From Bacteroidota bacterium (lineage in GTDB: Bacteria; Bacteroidota; Bacteroidia; UBA7662; JAYUJN01), in assembly GCA_043765195.1 (NCBI GenBank), contig JAYUJN010000001.1:6171-70170 (forward strand): a DNA stretch of 64,000 nucleotides, in the 5' to 3' direction. Below, in pieces: positions 8,331-17,573 of this stretch. The position numbers and the translations under genes are program-made. Every line of letters starts with the position of its first letter. Position 1 is the first letter of the stretch. Under the pieces are notes generated by a model. That model did not search any database. It was not told the DNA's origin and was given only the letters and a program-made list of their open reading frames with translations.

Positions 8331-9827
8331 TTAATGTTTAAAATGCCTAACGCCCGTAAAAATCATCGTCATTTGGTTTGCATTGCAATAGTCGATGCTA
8401 TCTTGGTCTTTTATAGAGCCTCCTGGCTGTATAATGGTGTTTATGCCTTCGAGGTGTGCCAGCTCTACGCTGTCGGCAAACGGAAAAAAAGCGTCGGAGG
8501 CTAAGGTTGCGCCTTGCAGGTCGAGGTTGAATGCCTTGGCTTTGGCTATGGCTTGTTTTAGCGCATCTATTCTGGAGGTTTGCCCCGTGCCGCTGCCGAT
8601 GAGTTGCAGGTTTTTGGTCAGTACTATGGCATTGCTTTTTGTGTGCTTTACAATGGTATTGGCAAAAATAAGGTCGTTTATAAGGTGCTGGCTCGGGCTG
8701 TTTTGGGTTACTACTTTTAGGTCTTGGGCTGTTTCTGTTTTTAGGTCTTTTTGCTGTTTTATAGTGCCGTTTAGCAGGCTGCGGTGCTGCCACGTGCCAG
8801 TAAGCGGTTTTATTTGCCGCAGCACAATCCTTTTTTTGTTTTGGGTGAGTATTTCTTGGGCTTCGGGCGTGTAGTTGGGGGCTATGAGTACCTCATAAAA
8901 AAGTTTGCTTATGTCCGTAGCCGTTTCGGCATCTATGGTGGCGTTGGTTATTAATATGCCGCCAAAAGCCGAAACTGGGTCGCCTTCGAGGGCGGCTTTC
9001 CACGCCTCGAGCACCGTGGGGCGTGAGGCTACGCCGCAGGCATTGGTGTGTTTGAGTATGGCAAAGGTCGTTTGGGTAAAGTCTTGCATTAAGTTTACGG
9101 CGGCATCTACGTCCAGCAGGTTGTTATAGCTGATGGTTTTGCCGCCTAAGTGTTCAAAAAGCTCGCTTAATTGCCCCTCAAATACCGCCGTTTGGTGCGG
9201 ATTTTCGCCGTAGCGCAGCGTTTCGCTTTGGTTGGTTTGGGCATTAAAGTAGCTGCTTATGGCTGCATCGTAGTGTGCGCTGGTGCTAAATGCCTTGGCT
9301 GCCAGCATTTTTCGTTGGTCGAGGGTGGTGCAGCCGTCTTGGTTTTGTAGCATTTCTATCACCTGCTCGTATTGCACTTGCTGCGAAATTATGGCTACAT
9401 CTTGGTAGTTTTTGGCGGCGGCTCTAATGAGCGAAATGCCCCCGATGTCTATTTTTTCTATCGTTTCTGGGTGGCTGGCACCGCTGGCGAGCGTAGCCTC
9501 AAACGGGTACAAATCCACGACCACCAAATCAAAACTGGGTATGTTGTATTGCGCCAAGGTAGCCATGTCGTCGGGTTGGCTGCGCCGTGCCAAAATCCCC
9601 CCAAAAACCTTGGGGTGCAGCGTTTTTACCCGCCCGCCCAGTATGCTCGGGTAGTCGGTTAGGCTTTCTACGCTGTGTACTTTTATGCCCATTTGCGCTA
9701 TAAATGCCTCCGTGCCGCCCGTGCTGTACAGCGTTGTGCCGTGGCTGTGTAGCGCATTTACTAAGGCATCTAAGCCCGTTTTGTCGTACACGGATATAAA
9801 TGCGCTGGCTATTTTAATGCTTTCCAT
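8331..9827 (-). CDS. purH: bifunctional AICAR formyltransferase / IMP cyclohydrolase
   Basis: MGS-like N-terminus (ISVYDKTGL), AICARFT C-terminal half, terminal RHFKH. 498 aa. Confidence 0.95.
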   Translation of the reverse strand: MESIKIASAFISVYDKTGLDALVNALHSHGTTLYSTGGTEAFIAQMGIKVHSVESLTDYPSILGGRVKTLHPKVFGGILARRSQPDDMATLAQYNIPSFDLVVVDLYPFEATLASGASHPETIEKIDIGGISLIRAAAKNYQDVAIISQQVQYEQVIEMLQNQDGCTTLDQRKMLAAKAFSTSAHYDAAISSYFNAQTNQSETLRYGENPHQTAVFEGQLSELFEHLGGKTISYNNLLDVDAAVNLMQDFTQTTFAILKHTNACGVASRPTVLEAWKAALEGDPVSAFGGILITNATIDAETATDISKLFYEVLIAPNYTPEAQEILTQNKKRIVLRQIKPLTGTWQHRSLLNGTIKQQKDLKTETAQDLKVVTQNSPSQHLINDLIFANTIVKHTKSNAIVLTKNLQLIGSGTGQTSRIDALKQAIAKAKAFNLDLQGATLASDAFFPFADSVELAHLEGINTIIQPGGSIKDQDSIDYCNANQMTMIFTGVRHFKH

Positions 9828-9849
9828 CTAATTTTTGGGTAGTTTTGCG

Positions 9850-9857
9850 CAAAGATA
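9850..9857 (-). promoter_or_regulatory. -7 promoter box for purH
   Basis: The reverse strand reads TATCTTTG. The purH ATG lies 23 nt downstream. Confidence 0.45.
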
Positions 9858-9870
9858 ATGCTTTTTAGCC

Positions 9871-9878
9871 TAACTTTG
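9871..9878 (+). promoter_or_regulatory. -7 promoter box for ppk1
   Basis: TAACTTTG. The ppk1 ATG at 9892 lies 14 nt downstream, with a second ATG at 9898. It sits back-to-back with the purH box. Confidence 0.45.
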
Positions 9879-9891
9879 CCACCAAATACCA

Positions 9892-11985
9892 ATGCGAATG
9901 AGCCTACACAATATTTATTATCAAACCAAGGTAAAACAAATCAATTGTAAAATACTAAATAGGGATATTGGCTGGCTGCAATTCAACGAACGGGTGCTGC
10001 AAGAAGCCGCCAATGCCAGCACGCCGCTGCTGGAGCGTTTGCGGTTTTTGGCTATTTTTTCCAGTAATTTAGATGAGTTTTACAAAGTGCGGGTGGCGGC
10101 ATTGCGGCGTTACACCAATTTACCCAAGGTAGCGCAGGCAAAGTTGCTGTTTAACCCAAACCATATTATCCACGAAATTACGCACCGAATAAACGTGCAG
10201 CGCATCGCTTTTGAGCGCATTTTCGAGGAAGCCATAAAGCCCGAGCTTACCCAACAAAATATTTTTTTGATAGACGAAAAAGCCCTGGATTTGGCGCAAA
10301 GTAGCTACGTAAAAGAGGTGTTTAAAGCCCAAATTTTGCCATTTATTACGCCCATAATCCTTTCGGAAAAAAGCAAAACCACGCCCTTAAAAGATACGCT
10401 TATTTATTTGGCGGTAACGATGCACAACCAAAAAATGCCCGAAAAAGTGCAGCACGCCCTCGTGGGGCTGCCCGTGCCGCTGCTGCCACGGTTTTGGGTG
10501 CTGCCCAGCGTGGGCAAAAAACAGTTTGTGCTTTTTTTGGACGATGTACTAAGGCATAATTTGAACGATATTTTTTCGCCCTTGGGCTACGATACATACC
10601 AAGCGCACACCATAAAAATAACCCGTGATGCCGAGCTGGATTTGGAGAGCGATGTACCCGAGTCGTACATTCAAAAACTGAGCAAAAGCCTAAAAAAACG
10701 CAAGCAAGGGCAGCCCATTAGGCTCATTTACGACCAAGAAATACCCGCTACATTTATTCAAATACTGACAAAAAACTTGGGCATAAAAAAAATAGAACTC
10801 AGCCCAGGCGGGCGCTACCACAATTTTAGGGATTTTATGGATTTTCCGAACCTGAACCACAAAGAGCTGCGCTATCCCACTTTTTTGCCCATTGCGCTGC
10901 CGCAGGTAGATGCCACGCCACGCATTTTTGATGCCATAAAAAAACAAGACATACTGCTGCATCACCCCTACCAAAGTTTCGATTATACGGTGCGGTTTTT
11001 GAGGGAAGCCGCCATAGACCCGCAGGTAGTTTCTATAAAAATAACGCTTTATCGGGTGGCAAAAATATCGAACATCGTAAATAGCCTCGTTACTGCCATC
11101 ATGAACGGCAAAAAGGTAACCGTGGTGGTGGAGCTGCGGGCGAGGTTCGACGAGGAGTCGAATATATACTATGCCGAGCGGCTAAAAGATGCGGGCGCAA
11201 CGGTCATTTATGGCTCTAACGATGGTAAAAAAGTGCATTGCAAAATGTGCCTCGTTACCCGCCGTGAGGCACGCAAGTTGCAGCAATACGCCCACCTAAG
11301 CACGGGCAACTACAACGGAAATACCGCTCAGGTTTACTGCGACGATGCCCTGCTCACCGCCGATAAACGCCTGACCGCCGACGTAGCCAAGCTCTTTAAC
11401 TACCTCGAAAAACCGCAAAGCATAGAGCCGCACTTCGACCATTTGCTGGTAGCACCCAAATACCTGCGAAGCGCATTTTACAAACTCATAGACCGAGAAA
11501 TAGCCCACGCAAAGCAAAAAAAACTGGCTTATATTCAGCTAAAAATGAACAGCCTCACCGATTTTGCCATGATAGCAAAGCTGTATGAAGCCGCCGAGGC
11601 GGGCGTAAAAATTCAGATAATAGTGCGGGGAGCGTGCAGCCTAATAGGCGAGTTGTACAAAAACATCACCGTAATAAGCATCATAGACCGCTTTTTGGAG
11701 CATTCTCGCATATACGTTTTTGGCAATGCGGGGCAGGAGGTGATGTACCTTGCCTCCGCCGACTGTATGGAGCGCAACCTGAGCAACCGCATAGAAATAG
11801 CCTACCCAATTTACCAAAAAAAGCTGCAAAAACAGCTAAAAAAAATGATAGACATACAACTAAACGACAACCAAAAAGCACGCCACATAGCCGACCCAAC
11901 CCAAAACACGCAGCCACAAAACCACAACAATGCGCCGAGCATTAGGGCGCAAGTGGATATTTATGCCTTTTTGCAGGGGAAATAA
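9892..11985 (+). CDS. ppk1: polyphosphate kinase 1
   Basis: N-terminal NRDIGWLQFNERVLQEA and two PLD-like C-terminal domains (KVHCKMCLV, FLEHSRIYVF). 697 aa. Confidence 0.9.
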   Translation: MRMSLHNIYYQTKVKQINCKILNRDIGWLQFNERVLQEAANASTPLLERLRFLAIFSSNLDEFYKVRVAALRRYTNLPKVAQAKLLFNPNHIIHEITHRINVQRIAFERIFEEAIKPELTQQNIFLIDEKALDLAQSSYVKEVFKAQILPFITPIILSEKSKTTPLKDTLIYLAVTMHNQKMPEKVQHALVGLPVPLLPRFWVLPSVGKKQFVLFLDDVLRHNLNDIFSPLGYDTYQAHTIKITRDAELDLESDVPESYIQKLSKSLKKRKQGQPIRLIYDQEIPATFIQILTKNLGIKKIELSPGGRYHNFRDFMDFPNLNHKELRYPTFLPIALPQVDATPRIFDAIKKQDILLHHPYQSFDYTVRFLREAAIDPQVVSIKITLYRVAKISNIVNSLVTAIMNGKKVTVVVELRARFDEESNIYYAERLKDAGATVIYGSNDGKKVHCKMCLVTRREARKLQQYAHLSTGNYNGNTAQVYCDDALLTADKRLTADVAKLFNYLEKPQSIEPHFDHLLVAPKYLRSAFYKLIDREIAHAKQKKLAYIQLKMNSLTDFAMIAKLYEAAEAGVKIQIIVRGACSLIGELYKNITVISIIDRFLEHSRIYVFGNAGQEVMYLASADCMERNLSNRIEIAYPIYQKKLQKQLKKMIDIQLNDNQKARHIADPTQNTQPQNHNNAPSIRAQVDIYAFLQGK

Positions 11986-12061
11986 CGGTGAATTAAGCGT
12001 TGTTTTCATCGTTTTAAAACACAAAAAAGTTATAGAAAACATAGATTTTTACCCATAAAAA

Positions 12062-12742
12062 ATGAACCAAAGTTTGGCACACATCGCCATAGTAGTGGAC
12101 GATTACGACAAAGCAATAGAATTTTATACCCAAAAATTGCATTTTAGGCTGACCGAGGATACCGTTTTGTCGGACACAAAAAGGTGGGTTTTGGTTACAC
12201 CACAAGGCGCAAGCGAATGTTCGCTGTTGCTGGCAAAAGCTGCGACCGAGGCACAAAAAAGCAGCATTGGCAACCAAACGGGCGGGCGGGTTTTCCTTTT
12301 TTTGCACACCGATAATTTTAAAAGAGATTATCAAAACCTGCTCGACCACAAAATTAAAATAATAAGAGAGCCATCAACCGAAACGCATGGCACGGTAGCT
12401 GTTTTTGAAGACATTTTTGGCAATTTGTGGGACTTGATAGAACCCGTTAAGACCCAAAATTTGTATTGTTCCACAGCCATTTTGAAAATAAAAGACCAAG
12501 AGAAAGTAGAACTTGTAAAAAGCGAACTTGCAAAACTCAAAGCGCAAACGATTATGGAAAAAGGAAACAAAACCTTTGACATTCATCAATCAAAAGAAGA
12601 CGAGACAAAAATAATTATTTGGGAGTGTTTCCTGAGCGAAAATGCGTTTAAAGAACATTTGGCTTCAAAGCACTTTCAGCATTTCTTTAGCCTGCACTTG
12701 GTAGAAATGGAAACTGCGCACACCACCAACAAAATTTTGTAG
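12062..12742 (+). CDS. VOC (glyoxalase/bleomycin-resistance fold) domain fused to an ABM-like (antibiotic biosynthesis monooxygenase-type) domain
   Basis: The first ~128 aa (LAHIAIVVDDYDKAIEFYTQKLHF ... FGNLWDLIEP) look like a VOC domain. The C-terminal ~95 aa (ILKIKDQEKVELVKSEL ... IIIWECFLSENAFKEHLASKHFQHF) look like an ABM ferredoxin-like domain. Confidence 0.6.
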   Translation: MNQSLAHIAIVVDDYDKAIEFYTQKLHFRLTEDTVLSDTKRWVLVTPQGASECSLLLAKAATEAQKSSIGNQTGGRVFLFLHTDNFKRDYQNLLDHKIKIIREPSTETHGTVAVFEDIFGNLWDLIEPVKTQNLYCSTAILKIKDQEKVELVKSELAKLKAQTIMEKGNKTFDIHQSKEDETKIIIWECFLSENAFKEHLASKHFQHFFSLHLVEMETAHTTNKIL

Positions 12743-12760
12743 TAGAACCAATAAAGCACA

Positions 12761-13129
12761 ATGGCACTAAAAATAATTTACATCGCAAACATAATTGTAG
12801 CAGGCTGGATAAGCCTCACTTCAATTTTCAACCCAAAACACTCGGCTGTTTCGGTTTTTCAAAACGCCTACCAGCCCACAGAAGTAATTAGGCTCGTGGG
12901 TTGTTTGTGGTTAGCCATCGCCGTTTTATCGGTTTTGGGGCTTTGGCGACCTGTTTCCTTTTCACCAATTTTGTTGGTGCAGCTCATTTACAAAGGAACT
13001 TGGCTTTTGGTGGTGGCACTTCCAGCCATAAAAAACAACCAACCCTATCCATCGGGCATGGCGGGTTTTTTTCTGGTTTGGTGTTTGGTTTTGCCATTCG
13101 TTATTCCGTGGGCGGAGTGGACGAAATGA
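12761..13129 (+). CDS. small integral membrane protein (about four hydrophobic segments), function unknown
   Basis: 122-aa ORF with hydrophobic stretches (IIYIANIIVAGWISL, LVGCLWLAIAVLSVLGL, LLVVALPAI, FFLVWCLVLPFVI). It starts 18 nt after the preceding gene. Confidence 0.5.
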   Translation: MALKIIYIANIIVAGWISLTSIFNPKHSAVSVFQNAYQPTEVIRLVGCLWLAIAVLSVLGLWRPVSFSPILLVQLIYKGTWLLVVALPAIKNNQPYPSGMAGFFLVWCLVLPFVIPWAEWTK

Positions 13130-13206
13130 TGGTTTTCGGGAGGTGTGGAAAGCGTAGTAAAGATGTATTTTTACTTTTTGATTTACACAAATCTCCCCCC
13201 AAACCC

Positions 13207-13809
13207 CTAATACAAAAACGGCAGGCGTGCCGTTAGGCTTCTGCCCAGCGTAATTTCGTCGGCGTATTCCAGCTCGCCGCCTATGGCTATGCCCCGAGCT
13301 ATGGTACTTAGTTTTATGGGCATACTTTTTAGGCGTTTGCTTATGTAAAAAGCCGTGGTATCGCCGTCCATGGTGGCGCTAAGTGCCAAAATAACCTCTT
13401 GCACCGAGCCACTTTTTATGCGTTCTATCAGGCTATCTATGTTTAGTTGGGCTGCGCCCACGCCCTCCATGGGTACTATAAGCCCGCCCAGCACGTGGTA
13501 CACGCCCCTAAACTGCCCCGTGTTTTCGAGTGCAATCACATCACGCATATCGGCTACCACGCACAGCGTATTTTGGTCTCGGGCGTGGCTGCTGCATATC
13601 CCACAAATCGGCGTATCGCTTAAGTTGTGGCAGGTGCTGCACCTCAAAATCTTTTCTTTCAGCACCGATATGGCATCGCAGAGCTGCTGCGCCACAGTGT
13701 CGGCTTGGGGTTGTAGTAGGTGCAGGGTAAGGCGCAAGGCGGTTTTTTTGCCAATGCCAGGCAGCCTACTAAATGCGTTTACGGTATCTTCTATGAGCTT
13801 TGGGGTCAA
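13207..13809 (-). CDS. recR: recombination protein RecR
   Basis: HhH motif LPGIGKKTALRL, C4 zinc finger CSTCHNLSDTPICGIC, Toprim region. 200 aa. Confidence 0.95.
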   Translation of the reverse strand: MTPKLIEDTVNAFSRLPGIGKKTALRLTLHLLQPQADTVAQQLCDAISVLKEKILRCSTCHNLSDTPICGICSSHARDQNTLCVVADMRDVIALENTGQFRGVYHVLGGLIVPMEGVGAAQLNIDSLIERIKSGSVQEVILALSATMDGDTTAFYISKRLKSMPIKLSTIARGIAIGGELEYADEITLGRSLTARLPFLY

Positions 13810-13821
13810 GGCTTGGTTGCT

Positions 13822-14700
13822 TTATTGGGTGAGTACTTGGTGCATCATGGCTTGTATGTCCGCCACAAGCGACGGTGCAGCCATTATTTTTTGTAATTTA
13901 TCTATGTTTAGCGTGGTGTTTAGCGGGCGTGCGGGCTGCCAATCTTGGGCATTTATGCTGCGAGGCATCACGAGGCTGGTGGGTAGTTTTAGGGCGTAAG
14001 CCACCGCAAGCGCAAACTCATACTTGCTCATTTGGGGCTGGCTACCCACGTTTAAAATGCCTTTTTCGGTTGTTTCTACGGCTAAATGGTAGATTATTTC
14101 GGCAAGGCTTTGGGTATATACAGGGTTAAAAAACACATTGTCAAACCCAGAAACAGCTTGGCGGGCTTGCAAGTTTTGTAGCAGCCATTCTGCCAGTGAT
14201 GCGCCAGTGGGGCTGTGTAGCCCAAAAATATTGGTGCGTAAAACCAGTGCATTTTGGCTGTGGGCAAGGGCGGCTTTTTCACCCTCTAATTTGGTTTTTG
14301 CGTAAATATTTAGCGGATTGGGCGTATCCAGTTCGGTGTAGTTGCCTTTTTTGCCATCAAAAACGCTGTCGGTAGAAATATACAAAAAACGGGCTTGCGG
14401 TGCATTTTTGGCTAAATATTCCGTGGCTTGCACGTGGCTTTGGTGCGCTATTTCGGGGTTTTGCTCGCAAAATTGCAGGTTGGTAAGCGCAGCGCAATGC
14501 ACTATTATTTCGGGTTTTGTGTGCGCCAGTAGTTTTTTTACAAAACTTTCTTGGCACAAATCACCCAATATAAGTTGGTTTTGGGGTATAAAATCGGCAT
14601 GGTTTCGGGCGGCTGCCCAGGTATTCAGCGCATTTTTTTTTGCAAAAAAACCATAAACTACCCTGCCCAGCAGCCCAGTTGCACCTGTAATGAGTACCAT
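13822..14700 (-). CDS. SDR-family NAD(P)-dependent sugar reductase, dTDP-4-dehydrorhamnose reductase (RmlD)-like
   Basis: Rossmann motif ITGATGLLG and YxxxK (YAKTK). Length and layout match the RmlD substrate-binding family. Confidence 0.7.
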   Translation of the reverse strand: MVLITGATGLLGRVVYGFFAKKNALNTWAAARNHADFIPQNQLILGDLCQESFVKKLLAHTKPEIIVHCAALTNLQFCEQNPEIAHQSHVQATEYLAKNAPQARFLYISTDSVFDGKKGNYTELDTPNPLNIYAKTKLEGEKAALAHSQNALVLRTNIFGLHSPTGASLAEWLLQNLQARQAVSGFDNVFFNPVYTQSLAEIIYHLAVETTEKGILNVGSQPQMSKYEFALAVAYALKLPTSLVMPRSINAQDWQPARPLNTTLNIDKLQKIMAAPSLVADIQAMMHQVLTQ

Positions 14701-14706
14701 TTTGGG

Positions 14707-16128
14707 TTAGTTTACCACTATTTTTGTGGTATAAATGCCTTTTTTACCCACAATTTTGGCTATATACACGCCATAACTCAGCGGCTTGGGCGCATATATT
14801 TGGTGTTGGTATAGCGCAGGCAGCTTTTGGTTTAGTATCTGTTTGCCCTGCGCATCGTATAGGGTTAGCTGCGCATCGGTTTCTATTTCTTGGCAATAAA
14901 TATTAATGGGCAGCTCGGGGCTTATGGTGTTTGGGTAAATGTTTATGTTGGTGTTTTGGGCGGTTTCTTGTGCGCTCACATTGATTAACGGCTTAAAATA
15001 ATTGTAGCTCGTATTGGTACAAAACGACCTGTTGCCCACGGGTTTTACGCTCCATTTAAACCACATGGAGCTAAATCGGAACACATTTACATTGCCGCTA
15101 TAACTATAAAATGTGTCGGTGGTAAACACATCGGCGTGAAACGAGTTGGGCGATGAGGCTCTGCCCACCCTAAAAATGTAGCCGTTGGCGTTGGGTACTT
15201 TGCGCCACGTAAAGTTAAAACTGGTTAGCCCCACCACCGAGTCGCTGGGCGAAACCAAGCTGGGCTGGGCGAGGTTCAAAAAGCTATTTACGCCGCCGTT
15301 GAGCAAATACGGGCGGTCGGCAGACAACGATACGTTCATGGCATTGGCTTGCTGGGGCGAAAAACGCCTCTGGCAATTGTCCAGCGAGTAGCTCATAAAC
15401 AGCGTTTGGTCGGGGTTGTATAGGTCGCCGTTGGGGTCGGTGTTAGCGCCAGTGTACGGGCAAGACCAGCGGTAATCCAAAAAATCGGCTCTGGTATCGC
15501 AAAACAAATCGCCAGCCGTGGCGCAGTTGCTACCATTTACGTACTCCAATTGCCCGAAGTTATTAAAAGGGTGCGGCAACGAAAGGTAATGCCCCATTTC
15601 GTGGGCGAGCGTGGTGCTGCCCGTGGGTGCGCTGCAGCTTATGTTCAAAAATATGCCCGCATTGCCCCCAAACGGTCCCGTTTGTGGGTAGTAGGCGTAG
15701 CCGCAATTGCCAGCGGGGCTGCTGTTTATATACACATTGCACACGTTGGCTACGTTGTATTGGTTCATGCACTGGTCGCCCACGGAGTAGTCGGTAAAGC
15801 TGTAATATGCGTCGTTGCTTATAAAATTTGTGGGCAAAACCATGTAAAACCGAATGTTTGTGGTATCGAACTGCTTGTTTAGCGTACACATAAGCTCGTA
15901 CAGGTTGGTTTGCCTATAAAATCCGCCGCCAGCCGAGTTGCCTATCAGGTGAAATTTTATGGGTACATATTTCAGTTCTTCGGTGCTACCCAAGCCGTTT
16001 TGTAGCTGTGCGGCACGTGCTATCCAGTTGGTTTTGTCGGTGGGTGTGTGGGTGGTGCCGCACGGGTTTTGGGCTACTATCTGGCTTGTTATGAGCAAAA
16101 GAAGTGATAGAAATGCTAATTTTTTCAT
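14707..16128 (-). CDS. secreted zinc metalloprotease (metzincin/M43-like) with T9SS C-terminal sorting domain
   Basis: Signal peptide MKKLAFLSLLLLITSQIVAQ and zinc motif HEMGHYLSLPH. The last ~80 aa (LTLYDAQGKQIL ... GVYIAKIVGKKGIYTTKIVVN) have the usual T9SS CTD pattern. Confidence 0.7.
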   Translation of the reverse strand: MKKLAFLSLLLLITSQIVAQNPCGTTHTPTDKTNWIARAAQLQNGLGSTEELKYVPIKFHLIGNSAGGGFYRQTNLYELMCTLNKQFDTTNIRFYMVLPTNFISNDAYYSFTDYSVGDQCMNQYNVANVCNVYINSSPAGNCGYAYYPQTGPFGGNAGIFLNISCSAPTGSTTLAHEMGHYLSLPHPFNNFGQLEYVNGSNCATAGDLFCDTRADFLDYRWSCPYTGANTDPNGDLYNPDQTLFMSYSLDNCQRRFSPQQANAMNVSLSADRPYLLNGGVNSFLNLAQPSLVSPSDSVVGLTSFNFTWRKVPNANGYIFRVGRASSPNSFHADVFTTDTFYSYSGNVNVFRFSSMWFKWSVKPVGNRSFCTNTSYNYFKPLINVSAQETAQNTNINIYPNTISPELPINIYCQEIETDAQLTLYDAQGKQILNQKLPALYQHQIYAPKPLSYGVYIAKIVGKKGIYTTKIVVN

Positions 16129-16156
16129 TTTAGGGTAATATAAAAGAAACGATACG

Positions 16157-16164
16157 CAAATATA
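16157..16164 (-). promoter_or_regulatory. -7 promoter box for the metalloprotease gene
   Basis: The reverse strand reads TATATTTG. The ATG lies 29 nt downstream. Confidence 0.45.
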
Positions 16165-16268
16165 CTGTTTTTCTTTTGTACTAAGTGCTTTTGGCTCAAA
16201 TTTTATGGGCGATGCGGGTTTTAGTGTGTGGTTAAGATAGGAATAAACGAACTTCTCCCCCCAAAAAA

Positions 16269-17045
16269 CTACCAGCTACCGCCTGCGCCGCCGCCGCCGA
16301 AACTACCGCCGCCAAACCCGCCGAAGCCTCCGCCACCCGAACTACCTCCGCCAAACCCGCCGCCCGACGAACCCCAGCCGCCGCCCATAAATGGCGTGCT
16401 GCCCCAGTGCGTGCGTGTGCCGTGTGGCGTGTACGTAATGCCCGAGCCGCCGCCGCCCATCGATTTTATGATAATCATTACAAGAATAAGCACCAACAAA
16501 ATAATGAGCCAAGTCGGTATGCCGTCGCTGCTATTGCTGGCATCGGCTTTGTATGCGCCAGTAAGCCGCAAAAAAAGGTTGTCCACGCCCGCATCTATGC
16601 CCTCGTAGTATTTTCCTTCTTTAAAAAAAGGTATCATTTCCTGCCGCACTATTTCGCCTGCCGCCATATCGGTTACAAAACCCTCTATGCCGTAGCCCGT
16701 GGCTATAAAACTTTGTCGTGCTTCGGGGCAAATGAGTATTACAATGCCATTGTCTTTGCCTTTTTGCCCTACGCCCCATATCCTGCCGAGCTTAAAAGCG
16801 TACTCGGCTATGTTTCCGTCTTCTAAGGTGGGCAGTATGGCTACCGTAATTTGGGTAGAGGTGGAGTCGTTGTAGCGCACCAGTTTGCTTTCTAAGGCGG
16901 TTTCTTGCTCAAAGCTAAGTACCTGCGCAAGGTCGTTTACGAGCCGTGGCGGATTGGGTCGCTCGGGTATTTGGTAACCAAATGCGGCATTTGCCACCAA
17001 AAGCAAAAGGCTGAAAAACACAAACGAATTTAGTTTTTTTTGCAT
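16269..17045 (-). CDS. TPM-domain protein (YgcG-like) with TM segment and glycine-rich tail
   Basis: Signal peptide, TPM-like core (LVNDLAQVLS, TQITVAILPTL), hydrophobic WLIILLVLILVMIII, then a GGGWGSSGGGFGGGSSGGGGFGG tail. Confidence 0.75.
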   Translation of the reverse strand: MQKKLNSFVFFSLLLLVANAAFGYQIPERPNPPRLVNDLAQVLSFEQETALESKLVRYNDSTSTQITVAILPTLEDGNIAEYAFKLGRIWGVGQKGKDNGIVILICPEARQSFIATGYGIEGFVTDMAAGEIVRQEMIPFFKEGKYYEGIDAGVDNLFLRLTGAYKADASNSSDGIPTWLIILLVLILVMIIIKSMGGGGSGITYTPHGTRTHWGSTPFMGGGWGSSGGGFGGGSSGGGGFGGFGGGSFGGGGAGGSW

Positions 17046-17047
17046 GG

Positions 17048-17476
17048 TTACAATCCGTAAGAAATTTCGTTGCTCAATTCATTGGTATCGCCGCTCTGGT
17101 ACGGAAAAAACTCCGATAGCCTCGCCGTAACCTCTTGTATGGCGGCTATCAAGCCGTCGGCGTATCTTTTTTGCCTAAAATACACCAAAATGAGCTGTAT
17201 AATATCGTCCCAATAATCTTCGGGTACAAGCGAATAAATGCCCTTGCCGCCGTATATGGCTATGCGCCGTGTGCCTGTGGCACAATAAATGAGCACGCCA
17301 TTTTGCTGCTCAGTTTCTTGCATTTTTAGGTGCTTAAACACTATTTTGGCACGTTCCAAGGCGTTCGTGTCGCATTTGTTTTCTATGTGTATGCGTATTT
17401 CGGCGGAGGTATGCTCCTCGGCGGTGTGTATGGCTTGTACCACACGTTGGTTTTCTTCGTCTGTTAAAAAATCCAT
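17048..17476 (-). CDS. TPM-domain protein (cytoplasmic-type, short)
   Basis: Track ORF 17048..17656 trimmed to the ATG (complement of 17474-17476), giving MDFLTDEENQRVVQAIHTAEEHTSAEIRIHIE. The longer version would overlap the lemA 3' end. Confidence 0.65.
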   Translation of the reverse strand: MDFLTDEENQRVVQAIHTAEEHTSAEIRIHIENKCDTNALERAKIVFKHLKMQETEQQNGVLIYCATGTRRIAIYGGKGIYSLVPEDYWDDIIQLILVYFRQKRYADGLIAAIQEVTARLSEFFPYQSGDTNELSNEISYGL

Positions 17477-17573
17477 GGTTTGGCTGAGTTTAGGCGGTTT
17501 GTTTTTAAAACAGATTTTTGTACGCAGCGGTTTTACAAAACAACTGCGTACAAAAAACAATGGTGCGCAGTGC

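Noticed and set aside
16228-16608. Proline-rich 126-aa plus-strand ORF (PPPPKLPPPNPPKPPPPELPPPNPP...)
   Set aside because: It is the antisense reading of the GGC/GGT-rich glycine tail of the TPM-domain gene on the minus strand. It has no independent start context.
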